A stretch of DNA of 64,000 nt from assembly GCA_012735195.1 (NCBI GenBank), contig JAAYIC010000077.1:10471-74470 (forward strand), written 5' to 3'. Shown here piece by piece: positions 37,446-45,579 of this stretch. Source of the stretch: Bacillota bacterium (GTDB taxonomy: Bacteria; Bacillota; UBA4882; UBA10575). Both the position numbers and the translations under genes were made by a program. The notes beneath the pieces were generated by a model. It had not been told where the DNA came from. It worked only from the letters and a program-made list of their open reading frames with translations, and made no database searches. Every line of letters starts with the position of its first letter. Within the stretch, counting starts at the first letter, position 1.

Positions 37446-37658
37446 TTGGTAATTATTGATAAGGAGCGTTGCAAAGGTTGCGGCCTTTGTGTGGAGGCCT
37501 GTCCCAGGAAGATCCTGGCTTTAAGCACGGAGTTTAACAAGGCAGGCCATCACCCGGCCGTCCTTTTGGACCCGCATAAATGTATTTATTGTCTGGCCTG
37601 CGCCCGGCTCTGTCCGGATCTGGCCATCACCATAATTAAGGAGGCTGAAACCGTTTGA
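37446..37658 (+). CDS. 2-oxoacid:ferredoxin oxidoreductase delta subunit (2x[4Fe-4S])
   Basis: 70 aa. CKGCGLCVEACP and CIYCLACARLCP motifs. First gene of the delta-alpha-beta-gamma order. Confidence 0.85.
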   Translation: MVIIDKERCKGCGLCVEACPRKILALSTEFNKAGHHPAVLLDPHKCIYCLACARLCPDLAITIIKEAETV

Positions 37659-38716
37659 AAGACCAAGTCGAACTCGTCTCCGGGAACCGGGCTGTAGCCA
37701 GAGGCGCACTCGATGCCGGTTGCCGGATGTACTTTGGGTATCCCATTACGCCCCAAACGGAAATTGCGGAATACATGTCCATGGTCCTACCGGAGATGAA
37801 CGGCGTTTTCCTGCAGGCCGAGAGTGAACTGGCAGCCATTAATATGGTCTACGGGGCCGCCGGAGCAGGCCGGCGGGTCATGACCACCTCTTCCAGCCCG
37901 GGAATCAGCCTGATGATGGAGGGCCTTTCTTATTTGGCCACCGCTGAACTCCCGTGCGTGATCGCGAATGTCATGCGCGGCGGTCCCGGCCTTGGCAATA
38001 TCTCACCAGCCCAGGGCGATTATTTCCAGGCGGTTAAGGGCGGGGGTCACGGGGATTACCACACACCGGTCCTTGCCCCTTGGTCGGTCCAGGAGATCTA
38101 TGACTTGACGCGCACAGCCTTTGATCTGGCCGACCGTTGGCGCAACCCGGTCTTTATCCTCCTCGACGGTCTCCTCGGCACGATGATGGAACCCCTCCGG
38201 ACCCGTGAGCCGGTCCCGGAACGGGAGGCCCCTTCCTGGGCGACAACAGGAATTTTTGCCCGGGAGGCCAATGACCGGACCCCCAGATCCATCTATACCC
38301 TGCATATGCCGGAAGGGGCTCTGACCGAAGTAAACCGCAGGCTGCAGGCGAAATACAGGGAAATCGCCCGGGAGGAAGTACGTTACGACGAACATTTCAC
38401 CAGGGATGCGGAAGTTCTGGTTGTAGCCTATGGTTCCGTAGCCCGTTCCGCCCTGCAAGCGGTACGGATTGCCCGGCAACAAGGCCGCCGGGCCGGGCTT
38501 TTCCGTCCGGTTTCCCTCTGGCCGTTTCCGGAGGAAGCCCTTTACAACCTTTCGGAAAAGGTCCAAAAGATCCTTGTTGCTGAAATGAGTTCCGGCCAGA
38601 TGCTTGAAGACGTCCGTCTTGCCACGGCCCCCTCCTGTAAAATAGAATTCGCCGGAGCAATGGGCGGTGAACTCATTTACCCCGGGACCATCCTCACCCG
38701 TTTGCAGGAGGAATAG
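37655..38716 (+). CDS. 2-oxoacid (2-oxoglutarate-type):ferredoxin oxidoreductase alpha subunit
   Basis: 353 aa. GNRAVARGALDAGCRMYFGYPITPQTEI start is typical of OFOR alpha subunits. Overlaps the delta stop. Confidence 0.85.
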   Translation: MKDQVELVSGNRAVARGALDAGCRMYFGYPITPQTEIAEYMSMVLPEMNGVFLQAESELAAINMVYGAAGAGRRVMTTSSSPGISLMMEGLSYLATAELPCVIANVMRGGPGLGNISPAQGDYFQAVKGGGHGDYHTPVLAPWSVQEIYDLTRTAFDLADRWRNPVFILLDGLLGTMMEPLRTREPVPEREAPSWATTGIFAREANDRTPRSIYTLHMPEGALTEVNRRLQAKYREIAREEVRYDEHFTRDAEVLVVAYGSVARSALQAVRIARQQGRRAGLFRPVSLWPFPEEALYNLSEKVQKILVAEMSSGQMLEDVRLATAPSCKIEFAGAMGGELIYPGTILTRLQEE

Positions 38717-38930
38717 TCGCATCCCCGCGTGGAATACGCGCCTGCGTGTAAATAACGCATCGCGGAAGACATGGGGAGCAGCTTCCAACACGTAACACGG
38801 ACCTGCGCAGAAAAGGCGGTTATTCCGGGAATTACACCGGTTCGTTCAACAAACGTATTTTCGTATATCTTGTATGGACGCGGGTAAGTACGGCTTATCA
38901 GAGTCCAGCATCCAAAAGGAGGAAATATAG

Positions 38931-39683
38931 ATGGCGGTATTGTTTTCACGCCCCCAATCACTGACTGATACGCCCTTCCGGTACTGCCCCGGGTGTCATC
39001 ATGGTTTGGCGCACCGCCTGGGCGCCGAGGCCCTTGACGAATTGAACTTGCGGGAAAAAGCGGTGGGCATTGCTTCAGTCGGTTGTTCCGTTTATACCAA
39101 CGAATTTTTCAACTGCGACACCCAACAGGCGGCGCACGGCCGTGCGCCGGCGGTGGCGACCGCAGTAAAACGGGCCCGTCCCGAGTGTTTTGTCTTCACC
39201 TACCAGGGCGACGGCGACCTGGCTTCCATCGGCATGGCGGAGACCATCCACGCGGCCGCCCGCGGTGAAAATATCTCCATCATCTTTATTAACAACGCCT
39301 GCTACGGGATGACCGGCGGACAGATGGCCCCGACCACCCTGCCGGGGCAGAAGACGACCACCTCGCCGTTGGGCCGCGAAGCCGCCAGGGAAGGGAATCC
39401 CATCGACATGATGAAGCTGCTCAACGCTCTGGAGGGCCCGGCTTATCTGAGCCGCGTGCTCTTAACCTCCCCCGGTAAACAGGCGGCGGCAAAAAGAAGC
39501 ATCCTGCGGGCCTTCCGTGCACAAATGAAGGGGCTTGGTTTCTCCCTTGTGGAAATACTCAGCGCCTGCCCGTCAAACTGGCGGATGACGCCGGTCGAGG
39601 CCTTGCGCTATGTTGATGAAGTAATGGCAAAGTACTATCCCCCCGGCGAAGTGCGGGTGGCAAAGGAGGTTCTTGAGGGATGA
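38931..39683 (+). CDS. 2-oxoacid:ferredoxin oxidoreductase beta subunit (TPP-binding)
   Basis: 250 aa. YCPGCHHG, GDGD...NNACYGMTGGQ TPP/Mg motif. AAAGGAGG RBS. Confidence 0.85.
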   Translation: MAVLFSRPQSLTDTPFRYCPGCHHGLAHRLGAEALDELNLREKAVGIASVGCSVYTNEFFNCDTQQAAHGRAPAVATAVKRARPECFVFTYQGDGDLASIGMAETIHAAARGENISIIFINNACYGMTGGQMAPTTLPGQKTTTSPLGREAAREGNPIDMMKLLNALEGPAYLSRVLLTSPGKQAAAKRSILRAFRAQMKGLGFSLVEILSACPSNWRMTPVEALRYVDEVMAKYYPPGEVRVAKEVLEG

Positions 39684-40252
39684 AAGCGAACGATACGGTC
39701 ATAAGGTTTACCGGCATCGGCGGTCAGGGGATCCTTTTTGCCGGGAAGATGCTGGCCGAAGCGGCACTGAGCGCCGGTATTCATCCCTGTTTTGCCCCTT
39801 CATACGGGGCGGAGAAACGCGGCGGGCCTTCCGAATGTACAGTAATCCTCTCCCACGGTGAATTGCCCAGCCCCTGCGTGAACCGGAGCCATGCGGCGGT
39901 GGTGATGAACGGGGCTTCTTTCTCCAGGGAAGAACAACGCCTGGCCGGAGGCGGGATAATCGTCGTTAACTCCTCGGTCTGCGGAGAAGTAAAACTTACG
40001 CGGGCGGATCTCTCCCTCTTCCCGGTCCCCGCCAGCGAGTTGGCGGAGAAACTCGGAAACAACCGGGTGGCCAATGCTGTTATCACCGGCGCCCTGGCAG
40101 AGTTGTTGGGCGCCCATCTTGACGTGCAACTCAGCGGGGAAGACTTGGTACAGGGGCTGAAGAGAACCTTGGCTGGCAAGGAAGACCTGTTGGCCATTAA
40201 TATAGAGGCCTTGACCTCCGGGCGGGAGTATGCCCGGAGACTTACACTATGA
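39680..40252 (+). CDS. 2-oxoacid:ferredoxin oxidoreductase gamma subunit
   Basis: 190 aa. IRFTGIGGQGILFAGKMLAEAA start; 4-nt overlap with the beta subunit. Confidence 0.85.
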   Translation: MKANDTVIRFTGIGGQGILFAGKMLAEAALSAGIHPCFAPSYGAEKRGGPSECTVILSHGELPSPCVNRSHAAVVMNGASFSREEQRLAGGGIIVVNSSVCGEVKLTRADLSLFPVPASELAEKLGNNRVANAVITGALAELLGAHLDVQLSGEDLVQGLKRTLAGKEDLLAINIEALTSGREYARRLTL

Positions 40253-40272
40253 TAATTAATATATAAATAATA

Positions 40273-40310
40273 AGCTGAGGGTGTATAACCGCCCTCAGCT
40301 TTATTTTATT
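40273..40310 (+). terminator. Rho-independent terminator of the OFOR operon
   Basis: agctgaggg-N10-ccctcagct followed by ttattttattttt. Confidence 0.8.
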
Positions 40311-40314
40311 TTTG

Positions 40315-40436
40315 TTCCCTAATTCTTTATTCCCTAATTCTTACGGCCTTCTTCATACCCTTATTCTTCATGCCCGATTTTTTATACCCTGATTCTTCAT
40401 ACCCCATAATTTTTTATACCCCGTTTTTTATCTCGT
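40315..40436. repeat. About eight degenerate ~15-nt tandem repeats, G-poor on the plus strand
   Basis: ttccctaattcttta / ttccctaattcttac / ...tacccttattcttca / tgcccgatttttta / taccctgattcttca / taccccataatttttta / taccccgtttttta. Confidence 0.75.
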
Positions 40437-40534
40437 ACACCACGCGTACGCCCGATGCCTCCCAACAGCAGTCGAAAGAAACCAGGCGCGCAATATGCGT
40501 GTGCACATGCGTACATCCATGTATACGTGCATGC

Positions 40535-42028
40535 CTAATCTATGTTGCTTCTGCGCTTGACGCCCACTGCCATAAAAATACCCGGCGAATCCCAATTTTC
40601 CGCAATAACGCCTATGCGTAACCAAAGATCCCTCTGCAAACGCCAGACCGCCTCGAGCCGCTGCGCAGACCACCCGGGATTACCGGTTAAAGCCAAAGCC
40701 AGCTCCAGTTCGTCCAGATCCCATTCCAGGCCGGCCCGCCAGTAGCTCTTTGCCAGTTCGGTCCGGCCGTCAAGCAGAAAGACCAACGGGTACCAGGTTA
40801 CAAAGGCACGTACATGAGGGGAGAGTTGTACGTTATCAGAAACCCCCGTCATCAGGACGGGAGTGGCCACGGGTCCTAACCCCCCGGCAAGAGCGGCATC
40901 GAAAAATGTGCCGGACCCGGCCCACAGTTCCCTTTTTATCCCGATAAAATAGGTCTTCGGGGCCCGGGCGGAAACCTCCAGATCGCCCGCGTCACCCAGA
41001 GGCATGGTAAGACGCACGGCAGGGTTTAGTTCTCTCCCGGACGCGGATCCGCTACTGATCAAGCCGGTCTCAAGGATCAGTTCCTTATCGGGGCTCTGCG
41101 GAGAATGGGGGGCAAGGAGTCTCAATCCATCCAGGGAAGCCATGGGGATAACCGGCATCTCCGCCAATTGTTTCAGCCTAAACGGAACAGCACTCAACAC
41201 CAGGGCAAAAACCCGCTGTTCTTTCAACCCCGCAGTAAAAAGCCTTCTTTCTTTCCGATCCATCGTCCGGCGCATGAAGGCAATGATCTCCGGCTTTCCC
41301 CCGGCAGAGTTGACAGTGGTGGCCAGGGCAGCCTTTTCACCGTGATCCTGGTTTTCCCGCAGAAAAGAGACCTTCGTCTCCACCCGGCCGGTTTCTCTTT
41401 GGATAAAAACCGGGGTAATCTCCAGAAGGTAATTCTCGTCCTTATCATAGTATTCCGGATAAATAGCGCCGGTTTTCCACTTTACCGGCCGGCCGGGTAC
41501 GGCGATTATCCATGCCTCGGATGCCCCTTCATAACTACTGGATTCCGGTACACCGGGGTGTTTCATAAACCCATTTTCCACTAAAAAACGGACCCCGTTC
41601 TCGCCCCGGAGAATCTGGGGAGTTGCCACTAAACGGTAACTCTCCGCCGGTGTGCCGGTTCTGACTTCTCCGGAAAACACCCAGCCCCAGGTGGAGGTGG
41701 TTCCCAATTCCACGATCCTGAGGGAATATAAGATGAAGAGGGTGGCCGCATCGGCCAGGTTTTCCCTGAGAGCGGCCAAAACCTCTTCATCGGTTACCGC
41801 CGGGGCGGAAAGAAAATAGATCTCTTCTTCTTCATCATAGATCAGCCATCCATTAAAACCGGCGGGCATCTCCAGAACTCCGGGAGAAATAAACCCTAAC
41901 GGGATAAAGACAAGATCCGGCGTTATCTCTGTCTTCTCCGGGCCTTCAACCGCCCCGGCACCTGTGACCGGTAGCGTAATTAAGGCTAAAGCCAACACCA
42001 ACCCGCAGAGCCGGTGGTTTTTAATCAT
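40535..42028 (-). CDS. Secreted beta-rich protein of unknown function (497 aa), last gene of the secretin locus
   Basis: Start MIKNHRLCGLVLALALITLPVTGAGA (signal peptide) inside an ATGATTAA overlap with the upstream stop. The track ORF carries a 46-codon spurious extension. The C-terminal ~170 aa show alternating amphipathic strands (YFIGIKRELWAG..., VTWYPLVFLL, WRAGLEWDLDELELALALTG, LWLRIGVIAENW). Confidence 0.6.
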   Translation of the reverse strand: MIKNHRLCGLVLALALITLPVTGAGAVEGPEKTEITPDLVFIPLGFISPGVLEMPAGFNGWLIYDEEEEIYFLSAPAVTDEEVLAALRENLADAATLFILYSLRIVELGTTSTWGWVFSGEVRTGTPAESYRLVATPQILRGENGVRFLVENGFMKHPGVPESSSYEGASEAWIIAVPGRPVKWKTGAIYPEYYDKDENYLLEITPVFIQRETGRVETKVSFLRENQDHGEKAALATTVNSAGGKPEIIAFMRRTMDRKERRLFTAGLKEQRVFALVLSAVPFRLKQLAEMPVIPMASLDGLRLLAPHSPQSPDKELILETGLISSGSASGRELNPAVRLTMPLGDAGDLEVSARAPKTYFIGIKRELWAGSGTFFDAALAGGLGPVATPVLMTGVSDNVQLSPHVRAFVTWYPLVFLLDGRTELAKSYWRAGLEWDLDELELALALTGNPGWSAQRLEAVWRLQRDLWLRIGVIAENWDSPGIFMAVGVKRRSNID

Positions 42029-43229
42029 TTTCCGCCACAACCTCCGCTGAAATAAAAACCAGTAATTCACTTTCCTTCTGCTCCTCCCTGCCTTCCCGGA
42101 AGAGAAGGCGCAAAAGCGGAATCCTCCCAAGAACCGGGGTTTGCGATGTTCTGTTCCTGTCTTCAACTTGGGTCAAGCCGCTGACCAGAACGGTCTGACC
42201 GGGAATAAGGCGTAGCGTTGACCCGAACTCCGCCATTCTTACCACCGGTTCACTGCCGTTATTGTCCACGAAATAGCTGACCGTCTGGGTCATCTCCAAC
42301 TCGATACGGTCTTCGAAGACCCGGGGAGTAACCTTCAGACCCGTGCCGGCCTCAATCTTTTCGATCTGGTCGTAATTCTCATACACATCCAAAATCAAGA
42401 CCCGTTGTTCCCCGACAAAAAGGTCGGCGGTCTTCCCGTCCGCCACCTGAATCACGGGGTCGGCATGGATTTTAGCTGCGCCTTCCTTCTCCAAGGCCCG
42501 GATCTTGGTATGCAAAAGGCCAAAAATATCGGTTTCAATACCAATAGCTCCAGGGGCCAGATCCAAAATTGTCGTCCAGTCCGGTTTTTTTGCCAGACTG
42601 GAAGTAAACTCCCAGTTAAAGAGGTCGATTCCCCATTCCTTGATCACTTCTGTCTGTACTTCGGAGACTAGTGCCTTCACCCTTACCTGCGCCCGGGGGG
42701 TGTCGATCTTTTTGAAATCCGCAATGATCCGCTCCTTTAACCCACGGGGCGCAGTGATAGCCGCCACGTTTGCCTCCTGGTCAAAACGGACGTTTTGGCG
42801 GAAAGCATCAGGGAGCAACGCTTCTACAGTAGAGACCTTTACGTTCTTAAAGAAGAAAAATTCTGTTTCGGCGAGATCCGCAAAAACCCTGTTTCGTGGG
42901 TCAGCCAGCCCTACCAGATAATAATCGTCGACCTTACGGTAGCTAAACCCCCCTCCTGCCAGCATCATCTGGAGCGCTTTCTCTAAAGGTGTGTCCTCCA
43001 GCTCCAAGGTGACCGTTCCCGTAATGTTTTCATCCATTACTATATTTACTCCCGTCTGGAGGGCTACCTCCCGCAAGGCTTCCCGAAGTTCCATCTCAAA
43101 AAAGACAATTGTGACTAAAGGCTCCGCTTCCTGTTCTGCCCGGACCGACAAGGGTGTTGTCGCCGGTCCGGGGAGGAAAAAGATGAAGAAAAAAGCGCAG
43201 ATCAGGAAGATCATCCGCCGACTCAACAT
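42021..43229 (-). CDS. Minimal secretin (type II/III secretion system secretin-family protein), 402 aa
   Basis: Signal peptide. N0-like block (FFEMELREALREVALQTGVNIVMDENITGTVTLELEDTPLEKALQMML), N1-like block (FFFFKNVKVSTVEALL...ITAPRGLKERIIADFKKID). Secretin core QVRVKALVSEVQTEV ... TPVLGRIPLLRLLFRE ... ELLVFISAEVV. Confidence 0.7.
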   Translation of the reverse strand: MLSRRMIFLICAFFFIFFLPGPATTPLSVRAEQEAEPLVTIVFFEMELREALREVALQTGVNIVMDENITGTVTLELEDTPLEKALQMMLAGGGFSYRKVDDYYLVGLADPRNRVFADLAETEFFFFKNVKVSTVEALLPDAFRQNVRFDQEANVAAITAPRGLKERIIADFKKIDTPRAQVRVKALVSEVQTEVIKEWGIDLFNWEFTSSLAKKPDWTTILDLAPGAIGIETDIFGLLHTKIRALEKEGAAKIHADPVIQVADGKTADLFVGEQRVLILDVYENYDQIEKIEAGTGLKVTPRVFEDRIELEMTQTVSYFVDNNGSEPVVRMAEFGSTLRLIPGQTVLVSGLTQVEDRNRTSQTPVLGRIPLLRLLFREGREEQKESELLVFISAEVVAEND

Positions 43230-43319
43230 ATCCTCTCACCTCTTACTTTCTTCACGGGCGTGAGCGCGTGAAGAATCAATTTAACCCCTATTATCACGCG
43301 CCCGTACATGGACGGGCCT

Positions 43320-44849
43320 TTATAGAGGTCCGGCCATCGTCAGGGCTGCCAATTCCTTCTTTTCTGCCTGGATTGAAACTTCCATTTGGTAGTCGCCAGG
43401 GGGAATTCTCAGGGACGTCCCTTGCAACGTTGAAAGCTTGCCCGGCAGTACCGGTGTTTTTTCCTCGCCTGCTCCGGATAATTCCACTATGGTAACGGTC
43501 CTTCCCTCCGGATCTTTAACCACGACCCGGCCTGAGGGGAAAATTTTGATATTACCGGTATTTTTAAGCACGAGAGAGAAAAGCACTTCTTCACCCAAGC
43601 GTTCGCTGGTAAAATTAAGCATTTCTGCAGTATACTGATGGTCTCCGGCAACCACCGCTTCAAGCGGAATCATCTGTTCATAAAGGAGCTCCCCATCAAG
43701 CTTAAAAGCGTCTACTCTCAAAAAACCGTAATTTCCTTGTATCTGTGCATCCCTGGGAAAATGAACCGTGGTAATTACCGTCTTTTTCTTCCCCGGTTCC
43801 AACAGAAACTGATTGTCACCCCGGATTGTGAACTCTGTATGTTCAAAGATGGAATAGGCGTAACCGTACTCCAGGTTAACCGGGGTCAAACAGAGAACAC
43901 AGGCCTCTCCGGAGGTGTTTTTAATAGTCAAGGCCCGGCTGGAGACGGTCCCCGGGCGTCCGGCGAAGCTCAGTTCATCCAAAGATACTTGCAGGGCGGT
44001 CTTTTGCGTTTCTGGAAAACTGAAATCCTCTGCCCCAATTTCCACGGTTTTGGTGACTATTAATTGTTTTCCTGCGGCATAGCGGAAGAACAAACGGAGC
44101 TGATACTCTCCGGGCGGCAAGTATTTTCGAACCGTACCAATGTACAGCAATTTACTAAAGGGATACATCAAAATATCCTGTTGGGCATGGTCCCATAGCT
44201 TCTCCGGACGCAGTTCCACCCTTTCCACCAGCCGTCCTTGTCCATCCCGTACCGTGGCTTCGGCGGCAGTTGGATAATCCAAAGCAGAAGTATTCCGGAC
44301 CAGAGCCTGCAGGACCGGTTCCTTCTCCTCCCCGGCGGTCAAGGTGAATTCCTCTACCTCCGCCGTCGGGCGCAGGCCCGGTCTTTCCACCTTAATCCGC
44401 AGGCGGACGGCGAAACGGAAATGAATGGCGATTTCAGCATCTTGTTGTATCTCCGGTTCCACCATAATCGTGACCATATGTGAGCCCCTCGCGTCAAAAG
44501 GCACCCGTACCCTGCCGGTGACCTTTAGTTCCTCCCCGGGGATAAGGAGAAGCTTGTTTTCATCCAGTTCAACCCAGTTAATGGCCGGGTTTCGTAAAGG
44601 GTCGCCTTCTTCAAAGACCAGTCCTCCGTCCAACTGTTGCAACGGCTGATAAAGGCTGGCATTGATTAAGGTCTTTGTCTCTTCCGGAGAGAGGAGGATC
44701 GCAAAATCCTTGACTGCTCCCGGTTCAAGGTCCATCTCGATAACCAACGGCCGGAGACCAATAGCAAGAACGTCCCCGGAAAAACAAAAAAGCAAAATCA
44801 ATACTACAATCGTAAAACCCATAATGCGCAGCATAAAGACCACCTTCAC
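43320..44849 (-). CDS. Secreted four-module Ig-like/beta-sandwich protein (509 aa), chaperone- or scaffold-like
   Basis: Signal peptide (...SGDVLA|IGLRPLVIEMDLEPG). Four ~120-aa modules each end in a PG..(K/E).V...V..P.....G.Y-type pattern (IPGEELKVTGRVRVPFDARGSHMV; PPGEYQLRLFF; EPGKKKTVITTVHFPRDAQIQGNYGF; PPGDYQMEVSI). Alternative ATG start at 44834. Confidence 0.55.
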   Translation of the reverse strand: MKVVFMLRIMGFTIVVLILLFCFSGDVLAIGLRPLVIEMDLEPGAVKDFAILLSPEETKTLINASLYQPLQQLDGGLVFEEGDPLRNPAINWVELDENKLLLIPGEELKVTGRVRVPFDARGSHMVTIMVEPEIQQDAEIAIHFRFAVRLRIKVERPGLRPTAEVEEFTLTAGEEKEPVLQALVRNTSALDYPTAAEATVRDGQGRLVERVELRPEKLWDHAQQDILMYPFSKLLYIGTVRKYLPPGEYQLRLFFRYAAGKQLIVTKTVEIGAEDFSFPETQKTALQVSLDELSFAGRPGTVSSRALTIKNTSGEACVLCLTPVNLEYGYAYSIFEHTEFTIRGDNQFLLEPGKKKTVITTVHFPRDAQIQGNYGFLRVDAFKLDGELLYEQMIPLEAVVAGDHQYTAEMLNFTSERLGEEVLFSLVLKNTGNIKIFPSGRVVVKDPEGRTVTIVELSGAGEEKTPVLPGKLSTLQGTSLRIPPGDYQMEVSIQAEKKELAALTMAGPL

Positions 44850-44921
44850 ATCTCTTTAATGGCATGGACAAGGGGGGCAAAACCGCCACCCCTTATCCAC
44901 CACGCTTGGTTAGTTCAGTTT

Positions 44922-45437
44922 TTACCAGGCAAACACCGTGACGGTGAATTTAGCCTTGTACTTGCCGGCCGCTTGCGAATAGACCTCTCCCAGTTTTCCT
45001 TTGACATCAAGGAGATACCATTTACCCTCTTGTCCTTGGACAGGCCATCTGGCATCCACTGGTCTAAAGGAATCGGTCCGGAGAATTTGTTCGCCTCTGT
45101 CATCGCCGTAGCGGGCAGCCCGCTGAATCTTGGCCCTGGTATAGAAGGTGTCACCTTTGAGTTTGTGGGTGAAATCCTTCTGGTTCAGCTGCATGCCGAT
45201 CTTGGTATTGGAGACCACATAAAAATAATCTCTCCAGGTATGCTCTTCACCCGCATAACCCACATAACAGAGTATAGGATTATTGGGGTCATTCAAATCG
45301 CGGATCTCCGCATACGGATGGACGATCGCCCGAACCTCTACGGTATCACTGTCCAACTTCTTCTGGGCCAGACCGGTGCTGGCTAGTGCCAGTACGAGTA
45401 CAAAAGCCAAGCCTAAGATGATAAGCCTCTTCATCAC
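44922..45437 (-). CDS. Small secreted beta-rich pilin-like protein (171 aa)
   Basis: Strong AAGGAGG RBS. Signal peptide MMKRLIILGLAFVLVLALASTGLA|QKK. C-terminus ...AAGKYKAKFTVTVFAW resembles the terminal strand of SCPU/Csu/DUF4402-type fimbrial subunits. Followed by a stable hairpin (44870-44894). Confidence 0.55.
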   Translation of the reverse strand: MMKRLIILGLAFVLVLALASTGLAQKKLDSDTVEVRAIVHPYAEIRDLNDPNNPILCYVGYAGEEHTWRDYFYVVSNTKIGMQLNQKDFTHKLKGDTFYTRAKIQRAARYGDDRGEQILRTDSFRPVDARWPVQGQEGKWYLLDVKGKLGEVYSQAAGKYKAKFTVTVFAW

Positions 45438-45579
45438 TCTTTTCCTCCTTTGCTAATTTTCAATTCTGAACAGTGTTTTTTGCACGCGTGCGTGCTATGA
45501 TTAATCCTACCCTGCTCCGGCAACCACCTCCTCCGGTCAACCGGCGCTATGTGCCCTTTGCTCATTGATTTTTCACTGA

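Noticed and set aside
38003-38791. 262-aa minus-strand ORF
   Set aside because: It is the antisense shadow of the oxidoreductase alpha subunit.
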